A stretch of DNA of 64,000 nt, from the NCBI GenBank assembly GCA_964016885.1, contig OZ024741.1, forward strand, positions 67,766,001 through 67,830,000. Direction: 5' to 3'. Made by a program: the position numbers and the translations under genes. Below the pieces are notes generated by a model. It was not told the origin of the DNA and made no database searches. It saw only the letters and a list, made by a program, of their open reading frames with translations. Positions 14,052-27,145 of the stretch are shown here, one piece after another. Source of the stretch: Eledone cirrhosa (lineage: Eukaryota). Position 1 is the stretch's first letter. Each line of letters starts with the position of its first letter.

Positions 14052-14800
14052 TAATATATAAAGGCTTTTGTGCGCTTGTGTCTTTCATTCTGTCTCTGTG
14101 TGCGTGTATGCATGCATATGTGTGTACATGTTTCTGTATGTGTGTATGTATGAGTGTATGCATACATATGCGTGCACATGTGTGTGCGTGTATGCATGTA
14201 TATGCGTGTACATGTGCGTTTGTGCGTGTGCGTGTATGCATGCATATATGTGTAGATCTGTGTGCGTACATGTGTGTGTCTGTGTCTATCTGCGTGTCTA
14301 TGCCTGCATATATGTGTAGATGTCTATGTGTGTGCGTGTATGCATCCATATATATGTGTAGATGTGTATGTGTACATGTGTGTGTGGCTGTACATGTGTC
14401 TGTCTATGTGTGTGCGTGTATGCACGCATATATGTGTAGATATGTGTGTAGATGTGTGTGTACATGTGTGTGTGTATGTATATGTGTATGTGTGTGTAAT
14501 CATATTCTCTTTGTTTGCCTCGTGTAACTTAGCAAGATTTATACATGCAAATTAGATCCATTGTTTCCATTTAGCTTCTCTGTTATTACATTGCTTCCAA
14601 CGAGGCTTCGCACTTATTTCATTAACGCAATATATTTATTTATATCTTTATTATAATTATTCGTCTTTCTTGTTCACTTTCTCTCCCTTTCTTTCTTCCT
14701 TTCTCATTCTTTGAAGCTCTAGAGCTATAGCTTTCATGCTCTCTCTCTCTTTCTCCCTCTTTCCTTCTCACCCTCTGTCTCCTATTCTTTCCCTCTATCC

Positions 14801-14833
<33 letters not shown>

Positions 14834-15210
14834 CTTCCCTATGTCACCCCATCTCTTTCTTCTTCTTCTTCTTCTTCTTCTTCTTCTTTTTCTTTTTCTT
14901 CTTCTTCTTCTTCTTCTTCTTCTTCTTCTTCTTCTTCTTCTTCTTCTTCTTCTTCTTCTTCTTCTTCTTCTCCTACATCGTAGTCTTCCAACTATCAGTA
15001 AATTTCTACTTCCATCACAATATTCTTTACCGCCTACTCCGACAAATTCTCTAGTGTAATTTCCAAGCACGTTAATTAAGCAACGCCATTAAACGAAATA
15101 CAGTCCTTCCGCCCCTACTTCCTCAATATCACCCCCTCAACTCTACCCTCACACACCACTCAATTTACCTAATAAATTTTCCAACTTGCCCACTCTATCT
15201 AGCTATCTAT

Positions 15211-15274
<64 letters not shown>

Positions 15275-15276
<2 letters not shown>

Positions 15277-15748
15277 CGAAGGAATTGTGGTAAGGAACCA
15301 GATGGGCCTTAACGCACCAAAGTACTCAATACTTAGGGTAGTAGAGTGGGTAATAGTAACAAGTATGACCCCGACGGTAGAGCCCAAGCCGTTTCGACGG
15401 CTATTTCTGGACTAAATAATAATTTTTATCCTGGTAAATAAATAGCCGAACTTCTCAGAGGGTATTTCATTATATGGGAAGATAGTAATTGTCAAGAGGA
15501 TTTGTCGAAAATTTGTTGTAAAAACAGATAAATCTATCATGGCGCCCCTACCTCCCACCAAATGCCATGATAGATTTATCTGTCTTTACATAAATTTTTG
15601 ACCAATCCTCTTGACAATTACTATTTTCCCACATAAGGAAATACCAACTGAGAAGTTCGGTTATTTATTTACCAGGCTAAAAATCCTTATTTAGTCCAGA
15701 AATAGCCGTCGAAACGGCTTGAGCTCTGCCGTCGGGGTCATGCTTGTT

Positions 15749-15752
<4 letters not shown>
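15275..15752. mobile_element. PLE-type asymmetric inverted repeat, family A (arms ~15354-15543 / ~15563-15752; 80-nt tail on left)
   Basis: ~190-bp arms between (TA)n; each arm has hammerhead topology with a CTGAGAA core variant. Confidence 0.8.
15368..15463 (-). ncRNA. Hammerhead-like motif with variant core (CUGAGAA) and extended stem II
   Basis: ACCCT-CTGAGAA-..CGGCTATTT...AAATAGCCG.C-GAAA-CGG...CCG-TC-GGGGT; partner at 15643-15738 (+). Confidence 0.55.
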
Positions 15753-15796
<44 letters not shown>

Positions 15797-15798
<2 letters not shown>

Positions 15799-15980
15799 TT
15801 AGTTATTCCGGGTTGAATCGGAGGTAACCACAGTAAGTAAGGTACTCAATACATAGCAGAGTATAACAGAGTATAAAATAGATGAGATTCTACAGGACTA
15901 GAACTGTTTCATTCTTGATGATTCCTGATGATTTCTCAAGAATGAAACAGTTCTAGTCCTGTAGAATCTCATCTATTTAA
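15797..15980. mobile_element. PLE-type asymmetric inverted repeat, family B
   Basis: Minus copy with tail (15797-15918) then plus-strand arm 15921-15978; (TA)n on both sides. Confidence 0.8.
15921..15967 (+). ncRNA. Minimal type I hammerhead ribozyme, family B
   Basis: ATTC-CTGATGA-T-TTC(TCAA)GAA-T-GAAA-CAG(TTCTAGTC)CTG-TA-GAAT. Confidence 0.85.
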
Positions 15981-15982
15981 AA

Positions 15983-16030
<48 letters not shown>

Positions 16031-16034
16031 TTCT

Positions 16035-16415
16035 ACTTGAGACTAACTAAAGCCCACAAAACTAACAGGTCCAGGGCGACATACAGGATAAAGTGGGAAG
16101 TCTGGACTAGGTCTGCAGACACAATTGCATCCACATTTAGTGAACGCCCTGACCAAACTGAGGACGTTGAAACAGAGTAGAGATTGTTCAGCGCAGCAGT
16201 TTCTGTTTCAGCTGTTAAATGCTGCGGGCGAAAGAGGCCTGGTGTGGCCTCAGATGGCAAGAGAACCCATTGTTTCAACCAAGAGGTCAAAGATGCCATC
16301 TGAGCAAAGATGGAGGCTTATAAATCTTGGCTTGGAAATAACTCCTCCTTCTTGCACTTGCGGTAAAAGCAGGCACGAAGAATCGCAGCAGAGACAGTAA
16401 AGACTTTGAGGGTTA
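16035..16415 (+). pseudogene. RTE LINE internal fragment (between endonuclease and RT)
   Basis: YRIKWE...EDVETE*RLF...RTHCFNQEVKDAI*AKMEAYKSW resembles the RTE TPWW.EVK.A..K..AY..W region. Confidence 0.6.
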
Positions 16416-16676
16416 AGTTGAAAAGTTCATAGGATGACTATCAAGAAGTGATGCTAGCGCTATGAAATCTTGCATGCATTGATTTCGTCTCTTCTTATCA
16501 ATAACTGCATTGTCACTTTCCAAGACTATGTTGAAAAATAAACTTCATTTGGTCATTACATGAGCGTATCTTGGTCAGCCTATGAAGCTTTCAATTTATG
16601 AACATTTCAGCCGACCCTCGTATATTATGTACGGGCTGTATATCTATCTAATGTCTGTCTATCTATCAATCTATCA

Positions 16677-16770
<94 letters not shown>

Positions 16771-17212
16771 TAATCTAGCTGTCGTCTGTTCGATAGCGTA
16801 GACGTAATTCATTTCGCGCAGAAGTTTTGTCCCAATTTATTGCGGAAATTTTGTAAGTTTAATTTTAATTTTGATACTATTGTGTAGCTTGACCCCCCCC
16901 CCCCCGTCTGAACTGTCAGGCGGTGGGTCAGCTCATTTTCGCCCCTCCCAAGGGTGAAAAACCTGTTTTTTTTAATTTTGTTGCATAAAATTTCAATCGT
17001 CTGGGAGAAATGTTAAAGGAAGCTAACGAAAATAGTGGAAGGGGGACAGCGGTAAGAGTTGTAAGCTCGCACGCTTTAGTCCCCCCCCCCATTCCTTCCC
17101 AACTAACGTCATAGAGAAGGAAAGAAAAAATAAAATAAAAACAGACGAATGTGCGGAGAAAAATGTCGACGAAAACACAAATCTGGAGATTGATTCCAAC
17201 AACAACAGAAAT

Positions 17213-18969
17213 TTGAAAGAATTGCATGACAATATTAATACCACAAACAAAGAAACAACAAACACAAAAATAACATTTGAAAACAACAACATCATAACAG
17301 AAAGCAAAACAGACGACAAAGTCAACACCAATAACATCTCATTTGCACAAACAACGAAAAAATATTTAACGTACATACCTGAAAATATTTCAGATGTGGC
17401 ACAAAGAATAAAAAACGCCAAACAATTCATAACTCAAGGGGAAAATGGAGCCTTGTCGGTGAAAATGCCCCAAGAACTCACCAAAGATATTGAAAGTCGG
17501 TGGGTCGTTTTCCGCACCATCAACGACATCTAAAAAAAGCCACAACAACCAACACAGGTAGAAATTAAAGCGGTACTTAGAGAAGTATTTAATGAAGCCA
17601 CTTTCATAAGAGAGACAGGTTGTATGGAAGTCTGGCCATTATTATGAGGAATGAATCGGCGGCGAAAAAATATGCTTTGTCGCCGATTCGTTCGACAAAT
17701 TTTACCTTTTATCCATCTTATATGGGTAAAAGAACTCAGCGCATATGGCTGGATGCGTTGATGCCAGATATGGACTACTGCTGGCTCATAGCTGGTTTCA
17801 TCGATCCAGCGAATGACAACGTGATTTCCATTGGGAAAACCACAGGCAATGCGTTCAGTGGAACAGGTATAGAACTTGTAGTGCAAATGAAGCCTGAACG
17901 CATCGCCCAAATACCCGACAGAATCCTATTAGAGGGTCACGGGTATATAAACATTAGCGTGGATGGGAGAAGGCCGTCCTGTCATATCTGTGCAGGCAGA
18001 GAGCACCTGAAGGCGGCTTGTCCCCAACTCAACAAGAAGAAAACCCTGCTACCAACACCAGCTCCACTACCACCACAACAGATAAACAAACAACAAAACT
18101 CAGTCCCACCCAACCCGTCCCTCAGTAAAACTACACCACCACCACAACACAAACAGACACAACACATTACCCCAAAACAAAACACAGTCCCACCCAACCC
18201 CTCACTCAATAAAACAACACAACCACCGCAGCCACAACACACAACACAGTCTAACATGGTGACATGCATCTCCCCCACAAAGAAAACTAACACGGAAACA
18301 CTACCAGCAAACATACCTCTTCCCTCCAACACTGAAGATAACCCAACGAATTCGAAGGAAGAAACGGAGTCCTTCAGACAGATTAAAAGAAAAAAAAGAA
18401 AACATGTGCAAAACACACAAGGCCAAACAGCCCCTACCCAAATGTCAACACAATCCAACAAAACACAAAACACCCCTCCAGCAACAAACAAAACCAAACC
18501 TTCCCCTCCTCTCTTCGAAACACTCACACCATCCGAAAAAAAGACATTACACTATACTTACATCAACGGAAACAATAATAAATTAAATGAACTCATAAAC
18601 AATAACCTTTCGGTACAAACCGAAGGGGTAAACTTTGTTTTTTCAGAAAACAACCCACAATTAAAATTAATAAAGGTCCCAATGAACCTCTACCAAAAAC
18701 TAAAAAAGGATTTTAAGGAGGACGTAGGACCACCCTTTGTCAAACCCATAAACCGCGTCCTCCTAAAAAGCTTTCCCCCTCCCCTTCCCCTCCCCAACAC
18801 AACTCCAAACACCCCAACCCCGCCACGCACTGACGACCCCACACCACCACAAGACACCCTTCACCCAACACCCCCGACCCCATGGAAGTCGTGCGACCCG
18901 AATCCCGGGAAGCAGAAAGGTAGGTCTCTACACTCTCCTTTGGCTTTGCCGCCCACAAGGATGTGTTAA
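17213..18969 (+). pseudogene. Tx1 ORF1 (gag-like), frameshifted
   Basis: ORFs 17213-17533 and 17620-18969; GRRPSCHICAGREHLKAAC CCHC knuckle followed by a Pro/Thr/Gln-rich tail. Confidence 0.85.
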
Positions 18970-21900
18970 GAGTAGGATGTTTGAATGCACGTGGCCTGGG
19001 CTCAACCTGGAAGCAAGCAAAGCTTCTAAATGACCTCAGGTCACGTGGTATAATGTAATGGTTATCTGTGAGACTCGGATCAGCGTCGTGCGGCAGCTGG
19101 CCCCTACCTTCGATGACTTTGAGGTGCACGCATCTCTCTGTCAACCTGGAGGTGGGGGTGGGGTTGTCGTACTGCTGGAAAAACACCTGGGTCTCGCCGT
19201 ACAGGTTGTTCACTCGGACCCGGAAGGTCGTTTGTTGGTGCTAGACGTTGGCAGTAGTGGAGGTGCGGCCTTGAGACTGGTCGCCGTCTACTCCCCTTTC
19301 GGACCTGAACGACCCGACTTCTTCCAGCGTCTGGAGACTTTTCTGGGAACGTCGCGTTCCCTGCTTCTAGTGGGGGACTGGAATGACATCCTAGATGCAC
19401 GTTGGGACTATGCAGGAGCATGTCCTAATAGAGGGGGGGGTAACAGCCTCAAGGGGTTACTCGACCGTTTAACTTGGTCGATAGATATCGACTAGATTTT
19501 CCAACTGTGCCAACCTGGACTTGGACGAACCACAGTGGTCAATCTAGATCGTACTTAGATAGATTCTTAGTTAGAAGTAAGGATAGGGACATATTAAGCT
19601 GTCCAGAAATGCTCACGGTTGGCTATACAGATCACAAATTAGTGACCTGCGTAGTCAATCTCGAGAGAACACATAGACAGGGTCCCGGTTACTGGAAACT
19701 TAATTTGTCTTTACCGGCAAAAGAGGCTTACAGAGTCCGGAGAGGTTGACGGGTGCAATCGTCAACAACCGATGGTGGGCATCTCTCAAAAGAAAGATTA
19801 GAACAGAATCAATAAGTTATAGCAAGATGTTAGCTGCCGATAGGAATAGGAACGAGAAAGAATTAACAGGTAAATTAGAAGAGGCAATCAAGAGCGAAGA
19901 TGTGGCCAGAGTGCTGGCATCGAGGACGGCCTTGAGCCAGTTTTTCGATGCAAAGCACGAAGGCTGCGTCATTCGAAGTAAAATACGAGCTCTAGGTAAT
20001 GAGGGGGCCAAAGCCGTTGGCTGGGCCCGCGTGACAGAAGCTAAGAGTGGAAATCGATCCACCATCCGGTCCTTGCAAGACGAGGATGGACGGGTGATCC
20101 GGAAGCCTAAGCAGATGTGCGAGGCCTTTCAAAGGCACTGTGCCCGATTGTTCGGGGGAGGCGAGGGTCCGGGCGGGGACGTGGATTTCGGTCCATACCT
20201 CGACGGCCTGCCGTGTCTCTCGAGCGAAGAGGCAGAGTCCTGCGAGGGACCAATCTCGGCTGATGAGATCGGGGATGCGCTGAGCCAATGCCACAGACGC
20301 AAATCTCCAGATCTCGATGGTATACCTTACGAAATTTATTTAGCAATGCCGGTCTTCTTCTCCGAACTCCTCGAAGCAGTCTACTGCAATTGGCAGCAGA
20401 ACAGGAGAATTCCTTGTTCTGTAGCCAAGGGTGTAGTATCGCTGGTGAGGAAGGACGAGAACAAGGGGGATAATAATTTTCGGCCCATAACCCTGCTAAA
20501 CACAGAGTTAAAGATTTTGGCCAAGGTGTTAGCAAAGAGGTTGGCGCTTGTCGTGGGTAGCCTGGTGGGAGATGCGCAGACATGTGTTATCCTATCCAGG
20601 TCCATTCACGACAACCTCCACCTCATGCGATACATCATAGAGAGGGTTGGCAACAAACCCGGCTTTGGTGGGGCCCTGATCAACTTGGATCAGTCTAAGG
20701 CGTTCGATAGGGTCGACCATGGTTACCTGGAATCGGTGCTAGCGGCGGCTGGGTTCGGTCCTGTTTTCAGAGGCTGGATCACTGCCTTACATAGCAACCA
20801 CATCTGTTCTAGGATCAAGGTGAACGGCTACCTTTCGAAGCCGTTCGAAATCACACGATCCATTCGACAGGGGTGCCCTCTTTCCTCCCTTCTGTACGTA
20901 TTGACTCTCGAGCCTTTACTGAGGAAGTTGGAGTTGTTGCAGGGTATCCCCCTGGAACCAGGATTGAGCAAAGCGGTGTCGACCTACGCCGATGACGTAA
21001 CAGTAATGGTATCGACCGACTCGGAGATCGAGGCGATCGGTACCTTATTGGAGGAATACGAAAGGTTGTCAGGAGCGAAACTGAACCGGGAAAAATCCAT
21101 CGGGCTGCAACTCGGAACGTGGAGAGGCAGATCGATGCTTCCCGACGGTGTCGTCGGACACTGGATGGAGGGCCCGGTGAAGTTGCTTGGGGTCTGGTTT
21201 GGACCGGACCTCCAGGTGGAAAAGAACTGGGGCGATGTTACTAGCAAGGTGTTTGCACTGACCCAGAAATGGGCCAAGTGTAAGCTGTCCCTGAAAGGAC
21301 GGGCGGAGGTGACGAACATTTACATAGCGTCCGTCACCTACTATCGCCTGACTGCCGTGCCTTGCCCTAAGGAAACACTCACCACCATGGAACGCATGCT
21401 CTTTCAATTTCTTTGGAAGAAGCGCCCTCCTATGGTGAGAAGATCCATCTGCTGCCAACAACCTTCGAAAGGAGGGCTGGGGACGCCGTGGTTGATGATG
21501 CGTAGGCACGCATTAAGGCTACGGCACCTACAGGTATTCCTCACTGGTCAACCGGTGTGAGCTCCGTTCGTGAGACGAGCCTTTCCGAGACTCGTCTCGC
21601 TCACCGAGCTGCAGTCCTGGGTCAAGCAAAGATCCGGAAAACTGGGCGACTGGCACACTGAGTGTGCCAAGGCGCTCAGGGCTCTCTGGAAAGCGGACCC
21701 GGCCATCGGTGGAGAATCCACCTCGTCATTCTATAGAGGGCTGGTGGCTAGCAGGGGCGATGACACCCTTTGAGAGTCGCTGGACATGGAAGAGGACGAA
21801 CTGGCCAGCCTGTTCGGTAGGACTTTCGGCCCGGGACCAATGGACAACTTCCAGAAGTCACTGGCCTGGCAGTGCTACCGGGGTCTCTACCCGTTCGAGA

Positions 21901-22366
21901 AAAGTTCTACAGACACGGGCGCTCGGGCAGGGATCCCTCGAAAAAGATATGCCCTAGATGCGTGCGTCACGAAGAAACCGTTGCGCACGCATTGGTGCAC
22001 TGTCCGGGCGTGGCTGATCTGTGGGGCTACGCCGAACGACTGCTGTCGCGGGTGGCGCCGATTCGATTGACCGCCGAGTCCGTGATAACAATCAAGCCGC
22101 CTCCTCTCTTCACAAAGGAAGCAAAGGCGGTTTTTCTGTGCGTAATAGCCATGTTGAAAGAGGTTGTTTGGTGGACACGATTGAAAGGTCTGAGGTCAGG
22201 CAACTTCCTCTCTGGCCATAGTCTGGTCTACTTCTTCCGATATCACTTCGGAAGAAGGATAAGAATGGAGAGAGAGGTGCTTGGCCAGAGGCAGTTTTAT
22301 GAAAGGTGGGTGATAGTGGCGAGAATAGCTCATGTAAATGGGCCTTCTCTGTATACCATCCTGTAG
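18966..22366 (+). pseudogene. Tx1 ORF2 (APE endonuclease, reverse transcriptase, zinc knuckle), multiple stops and frameshifts
   Basis: LRVGCLNARGL, ICET, VGDWN, SYLDRF, TDH, GPGYWKLN; NFRPITLLN, LDQSKAFDRV, RQGCPLS, YADD; CPRC..EETVAHALVHC. Confidence 0.93.
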
Positions 22367-22587
22367 GTAAAGAAGTGAAGGAGAGGGGAGCACCTTCTCT
22401 ATGTGCTCCCCGGGCAAAGGATTGCACACTTTTTCGGGGGGGTGTGCAACCCACATCACGTCCCCTCCCTTTTGAGGTTGTTTTTGATTATTTTCATTTT
22501 ATACCCTTTTTACTCGGTTTTATGTAAACTCCCCCTTTGTATTTGTCCCTTCTTTTTATGCCTTTATGGTAAATAAAGAAATATATG

Positions 22588-22658
<71 letters not shown>

Positions 22659-23083
22659 ATATCTATCTATCTGTCTATCTGTCTGTCTGTCTATCTGTCT
22701 CTCTAAGTATCTAACTATATATATATATAATATATCTGTCTAGATATATATCTGTCTATCTCCCTGTATGTCTGCTGTCCAGTTTTCTATTTGTCTTTCT
22801 GACTGTCCGTCTATCTATCTTAATATCAGTCTATCACTCGTTTATCTGGTCAGTCTGCTAGTCTATGCGTATTACCTGTCTAACCATTTATTTACCAAAC
22901 TGACAAACTAGCAAACTCATTATCTAATAATTGACAATACACCACTTATATGTTCGTAAATTCAACTTCTGTCATAATACAACGTATTCTTCAAAGAGCT
23001 GCTCTCTCTGTTTTATTAGTTTGCGTCGCTGTTAAGCTACTACTACTACTGCTGCTTCTGCTGCTGCTGCTAATGATAATAAT

Positions 23084-23299
23084 AACGAATTCTAGTATAG
23101 GCACAAGGTTAGTAATTTTGGGGGAAGGGAAAGTCGATTAAATCGACCCCAGCGCATTACTAGTGCTTTATTTTACTAGTGCTTTATATTAAAGGCAAAG
23201 TTAACCTTGGCGAGATTTGAACTCAGATCATGAAGGGCCATAACTCTATGCTACAAAGCATGGTGTCTGACTCTCTACCGATACTGCCAATCCACCGCT
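23084..23299 (-). mobile_element. SINE S1 copy
   Basis: Reverse complement of the S1 head and core. Confidence 0.75.
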
Positions 23300-23304
23300 T
23301 TGCT

Positions 23305-23361
<57 letters not shown>

Positions 23362-23362
<1 letters not shown>

Positions 23363-23737
23363 TTTTCTTTATTAACCACAAGGGTTTACATAAAGTAGAC
23401 ATTAAGGACAGTACAGGACAATACAGGACGGTACAAATGGGCATTTCTGCGTGTAAAAAAACAGAGGTTGAAATAAAATAACAAAGAAAAATTCCCCAAT
23501 AGGGGGGAGACTTCCGAGGGACATTTGTGGAGAAAGCTCATTAAAAGACCACAGTGGCCCTGACCACCAGGGCAAGTGCCCTCTCCCAGTTTTCCACCTT
23601 TAATTTACAGACACATACTCAGAGAAGGCCCATTCATTCGGGCCATACTTGCTTCTCTCACCCATCTTTCAACAAAATGCTGGGAAGAGAGCACTTCCCT
23701 CTCTACCCTGATTTTCCTTTTCAAATGAAATTTGAAA
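23362..23737 (-). mobile_element. 5'-truncated 3' end of a second Tx1 family, in (AAT)n
   Basis: Minus 23605-23737 encodes FKFHLKRKIRVEREVLSSQHFVERWVREASMARMNGPSLSMCL*, homologous to the ORF2 end at 22.3 kb; ends ccttgtggttaataaagaaaac(att)n. Confidence 0.85.
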
Positions 23738-24385
23738 AATAATAATAATAATAATAAGCTATTAGCACAAAGTCAGCGAAGAGAAAATGAAACATGTGTC
23801 AGTGAAAACGAGGTAAACTGTAACACTTCGAACCCCAGGGTTGGGGCGGAATCACTGGCAACAGAACAAATTAAAGAAAGGATCGAAAAAGTGGAGGGAG
23901 TGCATGCTCAGGATGAAACTCCAAATGAAAATAATGAGATCGTAAATGATAAAGAAATGAATGAGAATGAACTTGCCAACTTGAAGGATGAAATTATGAT
24001 CGATTGGATGAAAATGAAAGAATCTGACATGGGGCAACGAGAGACCCTCCCTAAGATCCAGAACTCCAAACAGAACCAAAAGATAATACACAAGACTTAC
24101 ATAATTCTCAAAAACATTATCATCACAAACAAACTAAACATTACTGATTTAAATCATCTCTATTATGCATCGGCTGAAGTCACCACTCACTTATGTGGAG
24201 TGAAGATGAAAAAACAAAGGAATTCCCACAAGAAATCTACTTGGCAAGAGAACATCAATCGCCAAATAAACCTTCTCCGATCTGACAGAAATTTTAACAA
24301 ACTATAAAGTAGGTGAACATGTTAAACAAACTAAACTTAGAAAATTGAAAAAAAAGTACAGTATAAAATAAAATGTGACATAGAC

Positions 24386-25912
24386 ATGCTGATAGAAATA
24401 ATCAAGCAAAAAGTGTCGGCCAAAGCTGCTCGTATAAGGCGCTTTGAAAAACGATCTAGATTCTATAAGGACAATAATATGTTCAAAAACAACCAAAGAA
24501 ACTTCTACAGAAAAATTGGTAAGTCAACAATAACTGCTAAATCAATACCACCCAAGGAGGAAGTGCAAGAATTCTGGGAAAAGATCTGGGCCGAAGAAAA
24601 AGTTCATAACATACATGCCCCATGGATAGACAGACAAATGAAAGATACAGCTCACCTTGAGGAACAAATATGGGAAAATATAACAGTTGAACAGTTGCGC
24701 TTGGCTCTAAGAAAAACCAGCAAATGGAAATCCCCAGGAAAAGACAAAATACAAAACTTTTGGATAAATGCCTTCATAGAGTCTCATGAGCTGTTAGCCC
24801 AACTTTACAATGAAATAGTTAAGGAGCCAGAAAAGATACCATCATGGCTAGTTAATGGCATTACATTCCTGCTTCCGAAGAATGATGAGACAAACAATCC
24901 CAAAAATTACAGACCGATAACTTGCTTGACCACAATGTATAAAATTTTAACATCAGTCCTAACTGAATACACATATGACCACCTGATAACAAATGACCTA
25001 TTTCCCATTGAGCAGAAAGGGTGTAAACGAGGCTCATATGGCTATAAGGATCAGCTTCTGGTTAACAAAATGATACTGGAAGATTGTCATAATAGACACA
25101 AAAATCTATCGATTGCTTGGATAGATTATAAAAAAGCATTCGATAGTTTGCCACATAGTTGGATTGAAAAATGTTTAGAGATTTTCAAAATATCCCCCGT
25201 TGTCAGGAGGTTTTTGTCATTCAGTATGAAGACATGGAAAACGACACTCCTTTTGAATAGTGAAACAAAATCACTGGAAGCTGGAGAAGTTAATATTAAT
25301 TGTGGAATTTTTCAGGGTGACTCTTTATCACCGCTTTTATTCTGCATCGCACTTATACCATTAAGTAAAATGCTCAATGAAACAAAACATGGATATAAAG
25401 TCTATGACAAAACCATTAATCACTTGTTCTACATGGATGACCTGAAACTATTTGCAAAAAATGATGAACAATTGCAAGGGCTATTATCCACTGTGGAGAA
25501 GTTCAGTGATGACATTAAAATGGAGTTTGGACTAGATAAATGCGCCAAAGCAACGTTCACCAGAGGAAAGCTGCTGAAGAGTTCAGACATTAATCTTGAT
25601 CGGGGGAACGTGATAAGAGAACTTGATCAAGAAAAAACTTACAAATATCTAGGTGTTTGTGAAGGAGACGGAATCAAGCACTCGACAATGAGGGAAAGGA
25701 TAAGGAAGGAATGTTACCGCAGAGTAAGAGCAATCTTAAGAACGGAATTGAAAGCAAGGAATAGGATCGATGCCATAAACACGCTTGCCATACCAGTAGT
25801 AACCTACAGTTACAATGTCATCAACTGGTCAAGCACAGAGATCCGTAGGCTCGATACAAAAATTCGAAAATTCTTAACCATGCACAGAAAATTCTTAACC
25901 ATGCAGATATAG
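24386..25912 (+). pseudogene. R4/Dong reverse transcriptase domain
   Basis: WKSPGKD, NYRPITCL, EQKGC, WIDYKKAFDS, GIFQGDSLSPLLF, HLFYMDDLKL, FGLDKC, YKYLG. Confidence 0.93.
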
Positions 25913-25971
25913 ATAGAATATATCTCCCTAGGAAAGAAGGAGGACGTGGGTTAATCCAGTTAGACATTGCG

Positions 25972-26979
25972 TTGAAAACTGCAACAATTGGATTATCTAC
26001 ATATCTAAGGGAATCACATGATTGGATGATCAAACTCGTTTTGAAACACGAAAGCATCAAAAGATCATATTCCATTACAAAAGATGCACAAAGATACAGT
26101 AATGGACTACAAATTTCAGAAGTCCCATTTACTGCTGAAATGGAAAACACAGAAAAAGCAAAGCAGGTAAAAGTAACTGCAAAGAAAGAACTGCTACAGA
26201 AACTGTCTAAGAAATGGCAAGAAAAGCCTCTGTATGGAAAATACCCAGAGCGAGCTAACAATCCTGATGTTGACAAAACTTTAACCCATCAGTGGTTGGC
26301 ATCCTCTGGACTGAAATCGGAGACTGAAGGACTGATTATATCAGCACAAGATCAATGTCTGCCAACAAAAAATTACCAAGCCAACATAATAAAAAATGGA
26401 TGCAGCCCATTATGCCGTGTATGCAAAAAACAACCAGAGACCATTGACCATATAATTTCAATGTGCAGTCCTATAGCTCCAACCGAATACCTAAACAGGC
26501 ATGACAGAGCTGCACAATACATACATTGGATAATGTGTAAGCATTTTGACCTGCCCCATCAAAAGAATTGGTGGGAACATCAACCACCTGCCATACTTGA
26601 AAAAGATCACATCTCAATCTTGTGGAACTTTAGCATCCAAACAGACCGAAAAATAGATGCAAATAGACCTGATATAATATTGAAGGACTTTAAAAAGAGG
26701 GTATGCCTGCTAATTGATATGTCTGTTCCAATAGACAAGAATGTATCTATAAAAACATTTGAAAAATTGAGCAAGTATAAGGACCTGGAGTTAGAAATTG
26801 GAAAAATGTGGAAATTGAGAACTAAAACAATACCAGTGGTTGTAGGCACTCTGGGAATGATACCTAGGGGGTCTAATGATTACTTATCGCAGATCCCAGG
26901 AAACCCGCGTATAGGAGAAATACAAAAGATAGTACTAATGGGAACTGCCCATATACTAAGGAAGATTCTGTCAATATAA
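25972..26979 (+). pseudogene. R4/Dong C-terminal CCHC knuckle and restriction-like endonuclease
   Basis: ETEG..AQDQ, CRVC...ETIDHIISMC, RHD, RPD...IDMSVP, EKLSKYKDL, PVVVGTLG. Confidence 0.92.
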
Positions 26980-27145
26980 GTACATCACAAGTCTAAACAC
27001 TAAAGATGCATGTGTGAGTATGTATGTTCTTCCTTGAACATGGCGGACCTTGTTGTCTCTTGAGGTCACTGTTTGTGACTTGGTGATAACTCGTATGAAC
27101 ATAAAGCAAGATAAATGCAACTGTAATAATAATAATAATAATAAT

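Larger units (their letters stand above)
16773..22581 (+). mobile_element. Near full-length Tx1 (L1-group) non-LTR retrotransposon, disabled, inserted in (CTAT)n
   Basis: ORF1 with CCHC knuckle and ORF2 with APE, RT and C-terminal zinc motif; AATAAA near the end; (ATCT)n on both flanks (16660-16770, 22588-22660). Confidence 0.92.
23758..27145 (+). mobile_element. Dong/R4-clade RLE non-LTR retrotransposon #1, 5'-truncated and frameshifted, (TAA)n tail
   Basis: ORFs 23732-24307, 24386-25912 and 25972-26979; (AAT)n on both sides. Confidence 0.92.

Noticed and set aside
21558-21773. Two in-frame TGA codons in Tx1 ORF2 as possible selenocysteine or readthrough
   Set aside because: Best explained by TGG>TGA and CGA>TGA decay; the same ORF also has several frameshifts and no SECIS was recognised
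17982-22459. Minus-strand and alternate-frame ORFs over the Tx1 element
   Set aside because: Shadow frames of GC-richer coding sequence with no motifs
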